From a virus, in the IMG/VR virus record IMGVR_UViG_3300009503_000018, positions 32,001-96,000 of that record: a stretch of 64,000 bases of DNA. One strand, given 5' to 3'. The notes beneath the pieces were generated by a model, which was not told the origin of the DNA, made no database searches, and saw only the letters and a list, made by a program, of their open reading frames with translations. Position numbers and translations under genes: made by a program. Position 1 is the stretch's first letter. Every line of letters begins with the position of its first letter. Shown piece by piece: positions 8,611 to 15,959 of this stretch.

Positions 8611-8717
8611 GCATAAACATAGCACTCGCGCATTGACAAAATTCACGAACCCGTGTATGATAGGCTTTCCCGTTAACAAAGGAGACCCTTATGGCTAAGA
8701 AGGCACAGACGATGTAC
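8576..8717 (+). repeat. Promoter-RBS-start cassette, copy 3
   Basis: Matches copies 1 and 2; includes the 3' end of 8401..8610. Confidence 0.95.
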
Positions 8718-9152
8718 CAGATCACGATTGACGGATCGCCGCTGAACGTGCGGCGGTTGGACCGTGTTCCGCTTATCTACGTGAGCGGCCCGTTGACGAC
8801 GGGCCACATGCCAACGAACATCCGTAACGCGCTAGAAATCGCGTACATGTTGATGACAAGCGGCTACTCCGTCATTGTGCCGCACGAGCAAGCGCTGCTG
8901 ATGGAAGCGCTGTATCCGATGAGCTATGTGGAGCGGCTACGCTACAACTTCAAATGCCTCCTTGCGTGCGATGCGGTATACCGTATCAGCGGCGAATCGC
9001 GGGGCGCGGATTTGGAAGTGCGGTTCGCGGAGTCTCGCGGTATCCCCGTGTTTAGTCAGCTTATCGACTTGATGAAGAACGTACCGCCGGACAAGTACCG
9101 CCCGCGCGTCAAGGCAAACAGGAGAGTCAAGCCGACGACGCGGTGTGCTTGA
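8691..9152 (+). CDS. DUF4406/nucleoside 2-deoxyribosyltransferase-like Rossmann protein
   Basis: IYVSGPLTTG...LLACDAVYRISGESRGADLEVRFAESRGIPVF. Confidence 0.7.
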   Translation: MAKKAQTMYQITIDGSPLNVRRLDRVPLIYVSGPLTTGHMPTNIRNALEIAYMLMTSGYSVIVPHEQALLMEALYPMSYVERLRYNFKCLLACDAVYRISGESRGADLEVRFAESRGIPVFSQLIDLMKNVPPDKYRPRVKANRRVKPTTRCA

Positions 9153-9177
9153 CAAAATTTGCGAATCCGGGTATATT
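9149..9177 (+). promoter_or_regulatory. sigma70-type promoter
   Basis: TTGACA-AAATTTGCGAATCCGGG-TATATT. Confidence 0.7.
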
Positions 9178-9197
9178 CTAAGTGAAAGGAGCTAATC

Positions 9198-9425
9198 ATG
9201 GGTCTTTGGACAGCCGCGAGTGACGTAGATTACGACACGGAGTGTGGAAACGGGGATTTGTGGGACAACTCCGATCATGCCGAGTTCGAGGCGTGGCTTG
9301 AAGACTCCGGGTTTTTGAGCATGCCGGAAGACGAAGCATGGGAAGAGTTTTTGCGCCAGCGGTGGGAAACGTCAGTTCCCTTTTCGAACGATGTCGATGT
9401 CGAAGAAGATGACATTGCTTTTTAA
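9198..9425 (+). CDS. Small highly acidic protein
   Basis: AAGGAG RBS; 23 D/E, 2 R and 0 K in 75 aa. Confidence 0.7.
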   Translation: MGLWTAASDVDYDTECGNGDLWDNSDHAEFEAWLEDSGFLSMPEDEAWEEFLRQRWETSVPFSNDVDVEEDDIAF

Positions 9426-9435
9426 TAAGAGGTCT

Positions 9436-9596
9436 ATGAAGAAGAACAAATAATTCCAACGAAGCCGAAAAGATTCGTGTAGGTTGCTGAAGCGCTGCAA
9501 AGCCTATCTGAACCATTGCACAGCATCTGCGATTCGCTCGATAGCATTGCTGAGGTGGTGAAAGGCAAGAGTGAATCGGCGATTAGACGTGGCTAA
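9436..9596 (+). pseudogene. Small ORF broken by two single-base insertions
   Basis: AAGAGG RBS; removing one base after AAA and one after GTA gives MKKNKNSNEAEKIRVVAEALQSLSEPLHSICDSLDSIAEVVKGKSESAIRRG. Confidence 0.35.
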
Positions 9597-9654
9597 TGCG
9601 CTCAACAATGACTAGACGGCGCCGGACCAAGGAAAAGGCCATAGCACTTGCGTA

Positions 9655-9683
9655 TTGACAATATTTGAAAATCCGTGTAAAGA
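9655..9683 (+). promoter_or_regulatory. sigma70-type promoter
   Basis: TTGACA-ATATTTGAAAATCCGTG-TAAAGA; the track ORF start at 9655 is the -35 box. Confidence 0.55.
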
Positions 9684-9690
9684 TGAGGTT

Positions 9691-10119
9691 ATGGATGAGC
9701 TACGGATCGTTCGCGAACGCCGAAAGGGATATGGGCAGTGCCGTGTTGCCCGCGACCCTAAGGCGGTCGTAGAGGCATTCAAGGATCATTTTCAAAGCCT
9801 TGATCGTGAGCAAGTGATCGCCATTGTCCTAGACACGAAAAATCACATTCAGGGCTTTCACGTCGTTAGCACTGGTTCGTTGGATTCCTCAATCGTACAT
9901 CCCCGAGAAGTCTATAAAATCGCTGTACTGTCCAACGCTTCGGCGATTATTCTCGTCCACAACCACCCAAGCGGCGATCCGACTCCATCATCGGAGGACG
10001 TTTCTCTTACTCGGCGGTTGAAGCAGGCTGGTGACATTCTCGGGATTAAGCTGCTCGACCACATCGTCATCGGCGATGACACATATGTGTCAATTTGCGA
10101 AAAGTATGGTCTCGATTGA
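9691..10119 (+). CDS. JAB/MPN+ domain protein (RadC/UPF0758-like)
   Basis: LDREQVIAIVLD, SIVHPREVYK, LVHNHPSGDPTPSSEDV, LLDHIVIG. Confidence 0.9.
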   Translation: MDELRIVRERRKGYGQCRVARDPKAVVEAFKDHFQSLDREQVIAIVLDTKNHIQGFHVVSTGSLDSSIVHPREVYKIAVLSNASAIILVHNHPSGDPTPSSEDVSLTRRLKQAGDILGIKLLDHIVIGDDTYVSICEKYGLD

Positions 10120-10140
10120 TTGCTGATTGATTTCAGACTA

Positions 10141-10169
10141 TTGACATTAGTCATCAATCCTGGTATGCT
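10141..10169 (+). promoter_or_regulatory. sigma70-type promoter
   Basis: TTGACA-TTAGTCATCAATCCTGG-TATGCT. Confidence 0.65.
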
Positions 10170-10221
10170 TCGATGAAGCGCTGGACGCACGCAACGGCAA
10201 TTTTAACGGGAGAAAAGAGTT

Positions 10222-10437
10222 ATGGCAATTCAAAATGCAGTCCGGACTTTAAATGTTGAAGTCGCGTGCGAAGAAAATGGCGATTTTGTGGCACGTGTGC
10301 CCCAAGCCGACAGTACGTTCATTTTCATAGAAAAGTCATGGGAGGCGCTAATGCGCAAAATCGCAACGAAGCTCCGTCCATCAATTACAGAACCGGTGCG
10401 TTGTTCGTTTAATTTGCTTGTTTATCCCGCTGATTAA
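10222..10437 (+). CDS. Hypothetical protein
   Basis: GGGAG RBS, 71 aa. Confidence 0.55.
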   Translation: MAIQNAVRTLNVEVACEENGDFVARVPQADSTFIFIEKSWEALMRKIATKLRPSITEPVRCSFNLLVYPAD

Positions 10438-10635
10438 TCGTGACTTATGTATGGGGTTTAGGGCGTCAATAACAACAACAATGAGCGCAAAAAAGTCAAA
10501 AACTGATGGCTTTTGGACCGAGGTTGCACGGCTCGTGGAAGCCTACAAAGAAGGAACCGAAGAAGTTTCACAATTCTTGGCGTATCTAAAAGCGGATGAC
10601 GCGCCAAAGCAAGAAGATTAAGAAAGGGCTAATAC

Positions 10636-11394
10636 ATGGCATACTCATTTCGCCTTGGTGATTCGGGGAATACGGAAATATGGGTGGAAGATCTGTATCG
10701 AACCCAGGGGACTGTGAATGGGAAGTATCCTGGCATTTGCCAACACTGCGGTAAAACCGGAATCCGGTACATTGCACATGTCCGCCAGGATGTCGCCGAT
10801 ACGCTTGCTCGGGGATTGGGCAATGCAACAAGCGCCGGTGGCCCCTTGACTTTGGATGATACGCAACAGACTGTCTTGTCCGCTGCTTTGCTCGAAGGCA
10901 AGGCAAAGAAACAAGTCGATGTCGGGTGTGTCTGTGTATCGCAGTATTTTGTTGATTGCGGTGTCGATGCGGGTTTGGCGACCCGCGCACAACGAGTAGT
11001 CAATCGGATTATGCATTGTTTGCAGACCATCGCTGCCCTCGAAGGTGATAGTGCTCCCGAGCGACTCCAGAGCGCTGTTGCCCGATGGGAGCTTGTGGCC
11101 GATCTTCGAGATCGCGCCGAGGCTATTGGTAGTGTGCCGTATTGGAACGAACCGAAGCTCGCCGATCCAGTTGCTCGGCAGATCTATTTTGCCATCCGTT
11201 CAAAGGCGCGTAGTGACTACGCGCAAGCGGCGGAAAAGTGGAAGCGACTTGCCCACGGATATTACACGCATTTTCGGAGGAATACGCCTACCCCTGTGAC
11301 TGTCGACAATCTGCTTGATTACTATCAGAGAAAAATTGCCGAAATTCAACAGAAATTGACAGCATATGAACAGGGTCCGAAATTCGTAGCCTAA
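10636..11394 (+). CDS. Hypothetical Cys-containing phage protein
   Basis: 252 aa; CQHCGKTGIRY...VGCVC. Confidence 0.7.
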   Translation: MAYSFRLGDSGNTEIWVEDLYRTQGTVNGKYPGICQHCGKTGIRYIAHVRQDVADTLARGLGNATSAGGPLTLDDTQQTVLSAALLEGKAKKQVDVGCVCVSQYFVDCGVDAGLATRAQRVVNRIMHCLQTIAALEGDSAPERLQSAVARWELVADLRDRAEAIGSVPYWNEPKLADPVARQIYFAIRSKARSDYAQAAEKWKRLAHGYYTHFRRNTPTPVTVDNLLDYYQRKIAEIQQKLTAYEQGPKFVA

Positions 11395-11413
11395 AAATAA
11401 TCTATTCTTTTGT

Positions 11414-11998
11414 ATGGCTATTTCATCATTTGCCGACAATACTGGACTGCGTCAGGTCGGGAAATTAGAAGACGCCGATTCTGACGCTATTTTTGCTGCA
11501 CTTCAGCAGCTACATTCTGCTGGTGTGTCATGTGTGAGTGTGATCAACATTGCGGATCGTATTCTTGTGTATGAATGCAGACAATGCAAAAAGTTGTGGA
11601 TTAATGATACACTACATAAAATTCCGCGTTGGAATATTAGTCGTACTGGCCATAAAGGAAGACCGATTAACGTTGACGAAATTATTACCGCGCTAGCGCT
11701 GTGGGATTCCGATTCATTATATTGCGAACCGTGTTTGTTGGACATTATCGTTCCATTTCTAGCTCGGGAAGTCCTAGATACGTTAAAAAATAAAAATCTG
11801 AAAAAGTTTTTTCGCGCTTTTGTTCAGCGACTAGAAATCGAATCGTCTAATTTTAAGTCTGACAACCCTAAGCAACAAGTCAAATACAGATTTTATGTGA
11901 AATTTGTAGAAAAAATGATAAAAGATCTTTCCCCGCGCTATAGAACCGCGTGCAAAGACTTGACACGGGCGATGGTTATTCTGGGGCTGATTCAGTGA
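11414..11998 (+). CDS. Hypothetical protein with CxxC pairs
   Basis: 194 aa; ECRQCK...YCEPC. Confidence 0.65.
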   Translation: MAISSFADNTGLRQVGKLEDADSDAIFAALQQLHSAGVSCVSVINIADRILVYECRQCKKLWINDTLHKIPRWNISRTGHKGRPINVDEIITALALWDSDSLYCEPCLLDIIVPFLAREVLDTLKNKNLKKFFRAFVQRLEIESSNFKSDNPKQQVKYRFYVKFVEKMIKDLSPRYRTACKDLTRAMVILGLIQ

Positions 11999-12345
11999 GT
12001 ATAGGACCAATACGGGCTACGTACCGACACCGCACATTCGGCGGTTCTTCGTATTTTTTCCTTGATGACGAAGAAGTTCGCCAATTTTTTTATCAACCAA
12101 AGGAAACTGGAGAACTACGACTCGCATACGCTGTGCTGAAACAGGCGCTGGAAGATTTTTGTGAATATGCTAAATCCAAACAGAAGAAAAAGTTTAGAAA
12201 AGTGGCGTCCTGGATTTACAGTAATGACACATCTTGGCCGTTTTCATTCGTTTCATTATGTCACATATTAGGAATTAATGAAACCGTCTTAAGAGACCGT
12301 ATTGACAAGTGGCGCATGTATTCCGCTTGTGTGGAAAATAAATAA
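11950..12345 (+). CDS. Conserved-looking hypothetical protein
   Basis: RLAYAVLKQALEDF...WIYSNDTSWPFSFVSLCHILG. Confidence 0.6.
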   Translation: MQRLDTGDGYSGADSVSIGPIRATYRHRTFGGSSYFFLDDEEVRQFFYQPKETGELRLAYAVLKQALEDFCEYAKSKQKKKFRKVASWIYSNDTSWPFSFVSLCHILGINETVLRDRIDKWRMYSACVENK

Positions 12346-14043
12346 ATGGCCCAACTGTATGTCGGAGTAGCGATTCACGGTTGTCGTGACTACGTCGCGC
12401 CGTGTCTTGAATCACTTTTGAGTAGTGAGTTAGACTTTCCTACGCATTTTATTTTTTTAGATAATGGATCCCCCAATCCCACCGAAATTCTTGATATATT
12501 TAACATAATGAAAGCAAAATACGGCGACGTTCTCGAATGTTACAAAAGCGCAGTCAATAAGGGGTGTGCTGGGGGTTGGAATTTCTGTATTCAAAAAGCC
12601 CTGGCCGATCCAGAATGCCAATGGGTGATTCTTGCTGGACACGATATCGTTGTTCATCCACGTACACTCAGCAATCTCGTCCATCGGTATTTGCGCGGCG
12701 GCGTCGATATTACTTCAGGTGTAGACGCCGTGTACGATGCGGACATGCCCACTCCCGAAGACAAAGAAGTGCCAGGAGCAAACTTCTCGCTAATCTTGTT
12801 GCCACGAAAAGTTATTGAGACAGTTGGTTTGTTCGATGAAAATTTCTGGCCGGCGTATTTTGAAGATAATGATTATCACTATAGAGCAATTCTTGCCGGG
12901 TGTGGTAATGGTGTCTGGACCTGGCTTGCTCCATTTCGACATGCGCGATCATCAACGATCCGGACCTATCCCCAATTGCTAGCACAATCGAAAAGTGCCG
13001 CCTATTTTATTCAAAAATGGGGCGGACTCCCGAATGAAGTCTTAAAAAATAACGAAACTCTTCGTATAGCATGTGAACGTGAAGACTTGCGCCGATCTTT
13101 AGAATCAGGTAAAGGGTGGAAAGGAGAAAGTACTATGTTTGTTTTGTGCATTCCGGCCTTAGATACGCATGATCTGACTCATCAGACTATTCTGCATCTG
13201 AATGAAACAGTCGTCGATAAAAATGGCTTTATCGCCTTAATAGTAGATAATGACTCCGAAGTTCCTTATGATCTCAGCGAATTTTCTGGCACCAACTTAC
13301 GCATCGAAATTATCCGTAATACGGAGAATAAGGGGAATTTCTATCCACTGCTTCAGGCAGACATGTGGGTCAAAACCCATTTCCCTTCTGATCGTGATCA
13401 CATTGTCGGCGTGATGCACAACGATGTGTTTATTTATGAAAAAGGTTGGGATTTGCGTGTGCGAGATGCTTTTTGGAAAGACGAAAAGCTCGGGGCGCTA
13501 GGTTTCTGCGGTTCGAATGAAGTATGCGAACGAGGCGGTCGCGGCGGCGGAACGATGTGTTATTTCGATGGACGAGCGGGGCAGAGCCCGAATACGGGGC
13601 GTCGAATTATCGGACTTCATCCGGCCTTGATTTTTGATGCTTTGTGTATGATCTTCCGTTCCAGCGTTCTTCCGGTATTGAAAATCGACGACAGTATTAC
13701 TCTGATGCATTTTTATGATCGGATTTGGCCATTAAGACTCGTTGATGCAGGTTATCACGTCGCCGTTTTGGGCGTCCAAATTGACCATGTCGGCGGAAGG
13801 ACGAGCCCAAAACATAATATTGACGCAGCGAAGTGGTGCAAAAAGTACGGTATTCCCTATAATGAAGCCGATATCGGCAGCGCTGGACATGCTGTATATC
13901 TCGAAGCCGAGCGCCGAATGTTTGAAGAATTCGCCCCGAAAGGGCTCATTCCAAGCTGCATTGACGCTAATTATAATGTCACACGATTTTATAACAGGGC
14001 GAAATGGCCTAATCCATCGCCTTACAAAAAACCTAATTCATGA
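12346..14043 (+). CDS. Two-domain GT-A (GT2-like) glycosyltransferase
   Basis: Domain 1: FLDNGS...NKGCAGGWN...FDENFWPAYFEDNDY; domain 2: IVDNDS...MHNDVFI...MHFYDRIW. Confidence 0.8.
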   Translation: MAQLYVGVAIHGCRDYVAPCLESLLSSELDFPTHFIFLDNGSPNPTEILDIFNIMKAKYGDVLECYKSAVNKGCAGGWNFCIQKALADPECQWVILAGHDIVVHPRTLSNLVHRYLRGGVDITSGVDAVYDADMPTPEDKEVPGANFSLILLPRKVIETVGLFDENFWPAYFEDNDYHYRAILAGCGNGVWTWLAPFRHARSSTIRTYPQLLAQSKSAAYFIQKWGGLPNEVLKNNETLRIACEREDLRRSLESGKGWKGESTMFVLCIPALDTHDLTHQTILHLNETVVDKNGFIALIVDNDSEVPYDLSEFSGTNLRIEIIRNTENKGNFYPLLQADMWVKTHFPSDRDHIVGVMHNDVFIYEKGWDLRVRDAFWKDEKLGALGFCGSNEVCERGGRGGGTMCYFDGRAGQSPNTGRRIIGLHPALIFDALCMIFRSSVLPVLKIDDSITLMHFYDRIWPLRLVDAGYHVAVLGVQIDHVGGRTSPKHNIDAAKWCKKYGIPYNEADIGSAGHAVYLEAERRMFEEFAPKGLIPSCIDANYNVTRFYNRAKWPNPSPYKKPNS

Positions 14044-14348
14044 ATCAAGATCAATGGATCATAGAATTTCGTATAGACTTTGAAGAAAATTATATTGGTG
14101 TATTTCGGGGAACGAGAGAATATAAAAAAACAGTGGTGCTATGTTCTAATTCCACAGGTTGGTATCGTTTAGCGGAAGGGACGTTTCGCGAAGGACAGGG
14201 ACGTGTTCGATCAGGATTTATGCACCCGCGTCCTCTTAGAAAATGTATCCAAAGAATTCACAAAATGTATCAATTTGATAAAAGCGCACAAACACGTTTG
14301 AGAAATATAAACACGGATGAAATAATTGTAGGGGAGTTGTTCGTCTAA
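14040..14348 (+). CDS. Divergent paralog-family protein
   Basis: QWIIEF...PRPLRKCI...TRLRNINTDEIIVGELFV. Confidence 0.6.
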   Translation: MNQDQWIIEFRIDFEENYIGVFRGTREYKKTVVLCSNSTGWYRLAEGTFREGQGRVRSGFMHPRPLRKCIQRIHKMYQFDKSAQTRLRNINTDEIIVGELFV

Positions 14349-14521
14349 TGCCGAGTTGGAAAAGAAAACTGTTTGACAAAATTAAGCACCGTAATCCTTA
14401 TGCAGTGCCTGCTCGTCAGCGCAAATCCGGCGTCGTTGATCCTCGTAACAAGCCGCGTGGCGGCGCCAAAAATTGGCGCGACTTTTTGGATGATTTTGAT
14501 ACGGACTCTGATTTAAAATAA
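14348..14521 (+). CDS. 57-aa basic protein with acidic tail; absent from ORF track
   Basis: TAATG overlap; MPSWKRKLFDKIKHRNPYAVPARQRKSGVVDPRNKPRGGAKNWRDFLDDFDTDSDLK. Confidence 0.55.
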   Translation: MPSWKRKLFDKIKHRNPYAVPARQRKSGVVDPRNKPRGGAKNWRDFLDDFDTDSDLK

Positions 14522-14540
14522 GACAGAGAGGAGAATTGTT

Positions 14541-15164
14541 ATGAACAAGTTCGTAGTAAGTATAATTGTCGCCGCATTTTTATTTGGTACGGCAGCGTTT
14601 GGAAACGGAAATGGGAATGGAAATGGGAATGGAAATGGGAATGGAAATGGGAATGGGCATGGGGGTGATACTATATGCACACTAGAAAATGCGACGTTTA
14701 GTCCGGCTGAGGCCGTAAGTTTTTGTTCCCAATTGGACACTAATCTGTTGACTAATATTTGTCGTCCAGTAGTAACAGCGCATGTTGCAGATTACTGCGA
14801 GCCGTATATAAACACCGAAGTCGAGAACCGCATTAATCAGCGAATTGGTGATATTTCTAATTTCTGTGGCGGAGATGTTGATTTGACCAAAATTGCTGTC
14901 TATCTCGGCAGTATTTATCATATGTGTGCGCAAACTCAAAATGCGGCATTAAATACTTCTAGTGTGTGTGAAATGACTCAGAACACCTGTGCTCCAAACC
15001 AGACTGTTCATTGCCCCGATTTTCAGCCGATGTGCGCGAAATGGGTTAAGCGCCGTCGGAAGTTTTTTGTCGTCGACTCAGCGACTGGAAAAAGAGTTCC
15101 TGTTGTTGATAATATGACTTTTTGTGTAAAGTGGGTTAAGCCCGCAGTGATACCTGTCCCGTAA
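14541..15164 (+). CDS. Secreted Cys-rich protein with (GN)9 tract
   Basis: GAGGAG RBS, signal-peptide-like N-terminus, (GN)9 at 14601..14654, many Cys. Confidence 0.75.
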   Translation: MNKFVVSIIVAAFLFGTAAFGNGNGNGNGNGNGNGNGNGHGGDTICTLENATFSPAEAVSFCSQLDTNLLTNICRPVVTAHVADYCEPYINTEVENRINQRIGDISNFCGGDVDLTKIAVYLGSIYHMCAQTQNAALNTSSVCEMTQNTCAPNQTVHCPDFQPMCAKWVKRRRKFFVVDSATGKRVPVVDNMTFCVKWVKPAVIPVP

Positions 15165-15189
15165 GGAGTAGTACTTTCTTCGCTAATAG

Positions 15190-15228
15190 CAAGGGAATCT
15201 CGCAGCTAATAGCTGCGAGATTCCCTTG
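15190..15228. terminator. Perfect 39-bp palindrome between convergent genes (bidirectional terminator-like)
   Basis: CAAGGGAATCTCGCAGCTA-A-TAGCTGCGAGATTCCCTTG, 19-bp arms. Confidence 0.6.
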
Positions 15229-15493
15229 GACAACTTTTTTCTGTCCTTCGTGGGTTCAAGCTGTAAGAGGTGGGGGTTTACTATTCGGTCTCAGAGGTCC
15301 GACGAGAACGATAAAAAGGAACAAGGAACTAAATGAAGCCACAGCTTCCGAGTTTGTTTGCCCAAAATCAAAACATTGGGCACCAACCAGAACATTCTTT
15401 GAGAGAAGTCCAGACGGGAAAACGACGAAATAATCGAGGATTCTTTTGAGCTATATCGCGATGTGCCGGACCAAACAGAAATACTAAACAACG

Positions 15494-15940
15494 TCAATGA
15501 GGAATTACCTTCATTATACCGCACGGGTATCTCATAAATCGGACATTTTTCCGCACGACTTTTTTGCCGGACCACAAAGTCGGAATATTCTCATGCACTA
15601 GCTCGCGAGCGTCGTTTATATAGTATACTTTTTTGACGCCGTAGTCTCGAAGCATAGCAAAACACGCCTGACACGGTCGTGAGGTTGCCAAGAGTCCCGT
15701 CCGAGTAATCCGGACGACGAACATCGTCCCGCCTTTCGATTCCGACAAAGGAACTCCCAACAACGCATCTGCCTCGGCATGAATGGTCTTCCAGAAACAA
15801 TAGCTCTGTGGATGCGTTTTCGGCTGATTTGTACCGAATGAAACAACTTTGTTCCCTCGGGTTAGGACCGCACCCACATGATACTTGTGCGAAGACCGCA
15901 AAGCGGCCCTCTTTGCGAGTTCAACAAAACGCGTATTCAT
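15494..15940 (-). CDS. Zn-dependent cytidine/deoxycytidylate deaminase-family protein
   Basis: HVGAVL, HAEADAL, SRPCQAC. Confidence 0.85.
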   Translation of the reverse strand: MNTRFVELAKRAALRSSHKYHVGAVLTRGNKVVSFGTNQPKTHPQSYCFWKTIHAEADALLGVPLSESKGGTMFVVRITRTGLLATSRPCQACFAMLRDYGVKKVYYINDARELVHENIPTLWSGKKVVRKNVRFMRYPCGIMKVIPH

Positions 15941-15959
15941 AAAGAGTTACATGTTTAGG

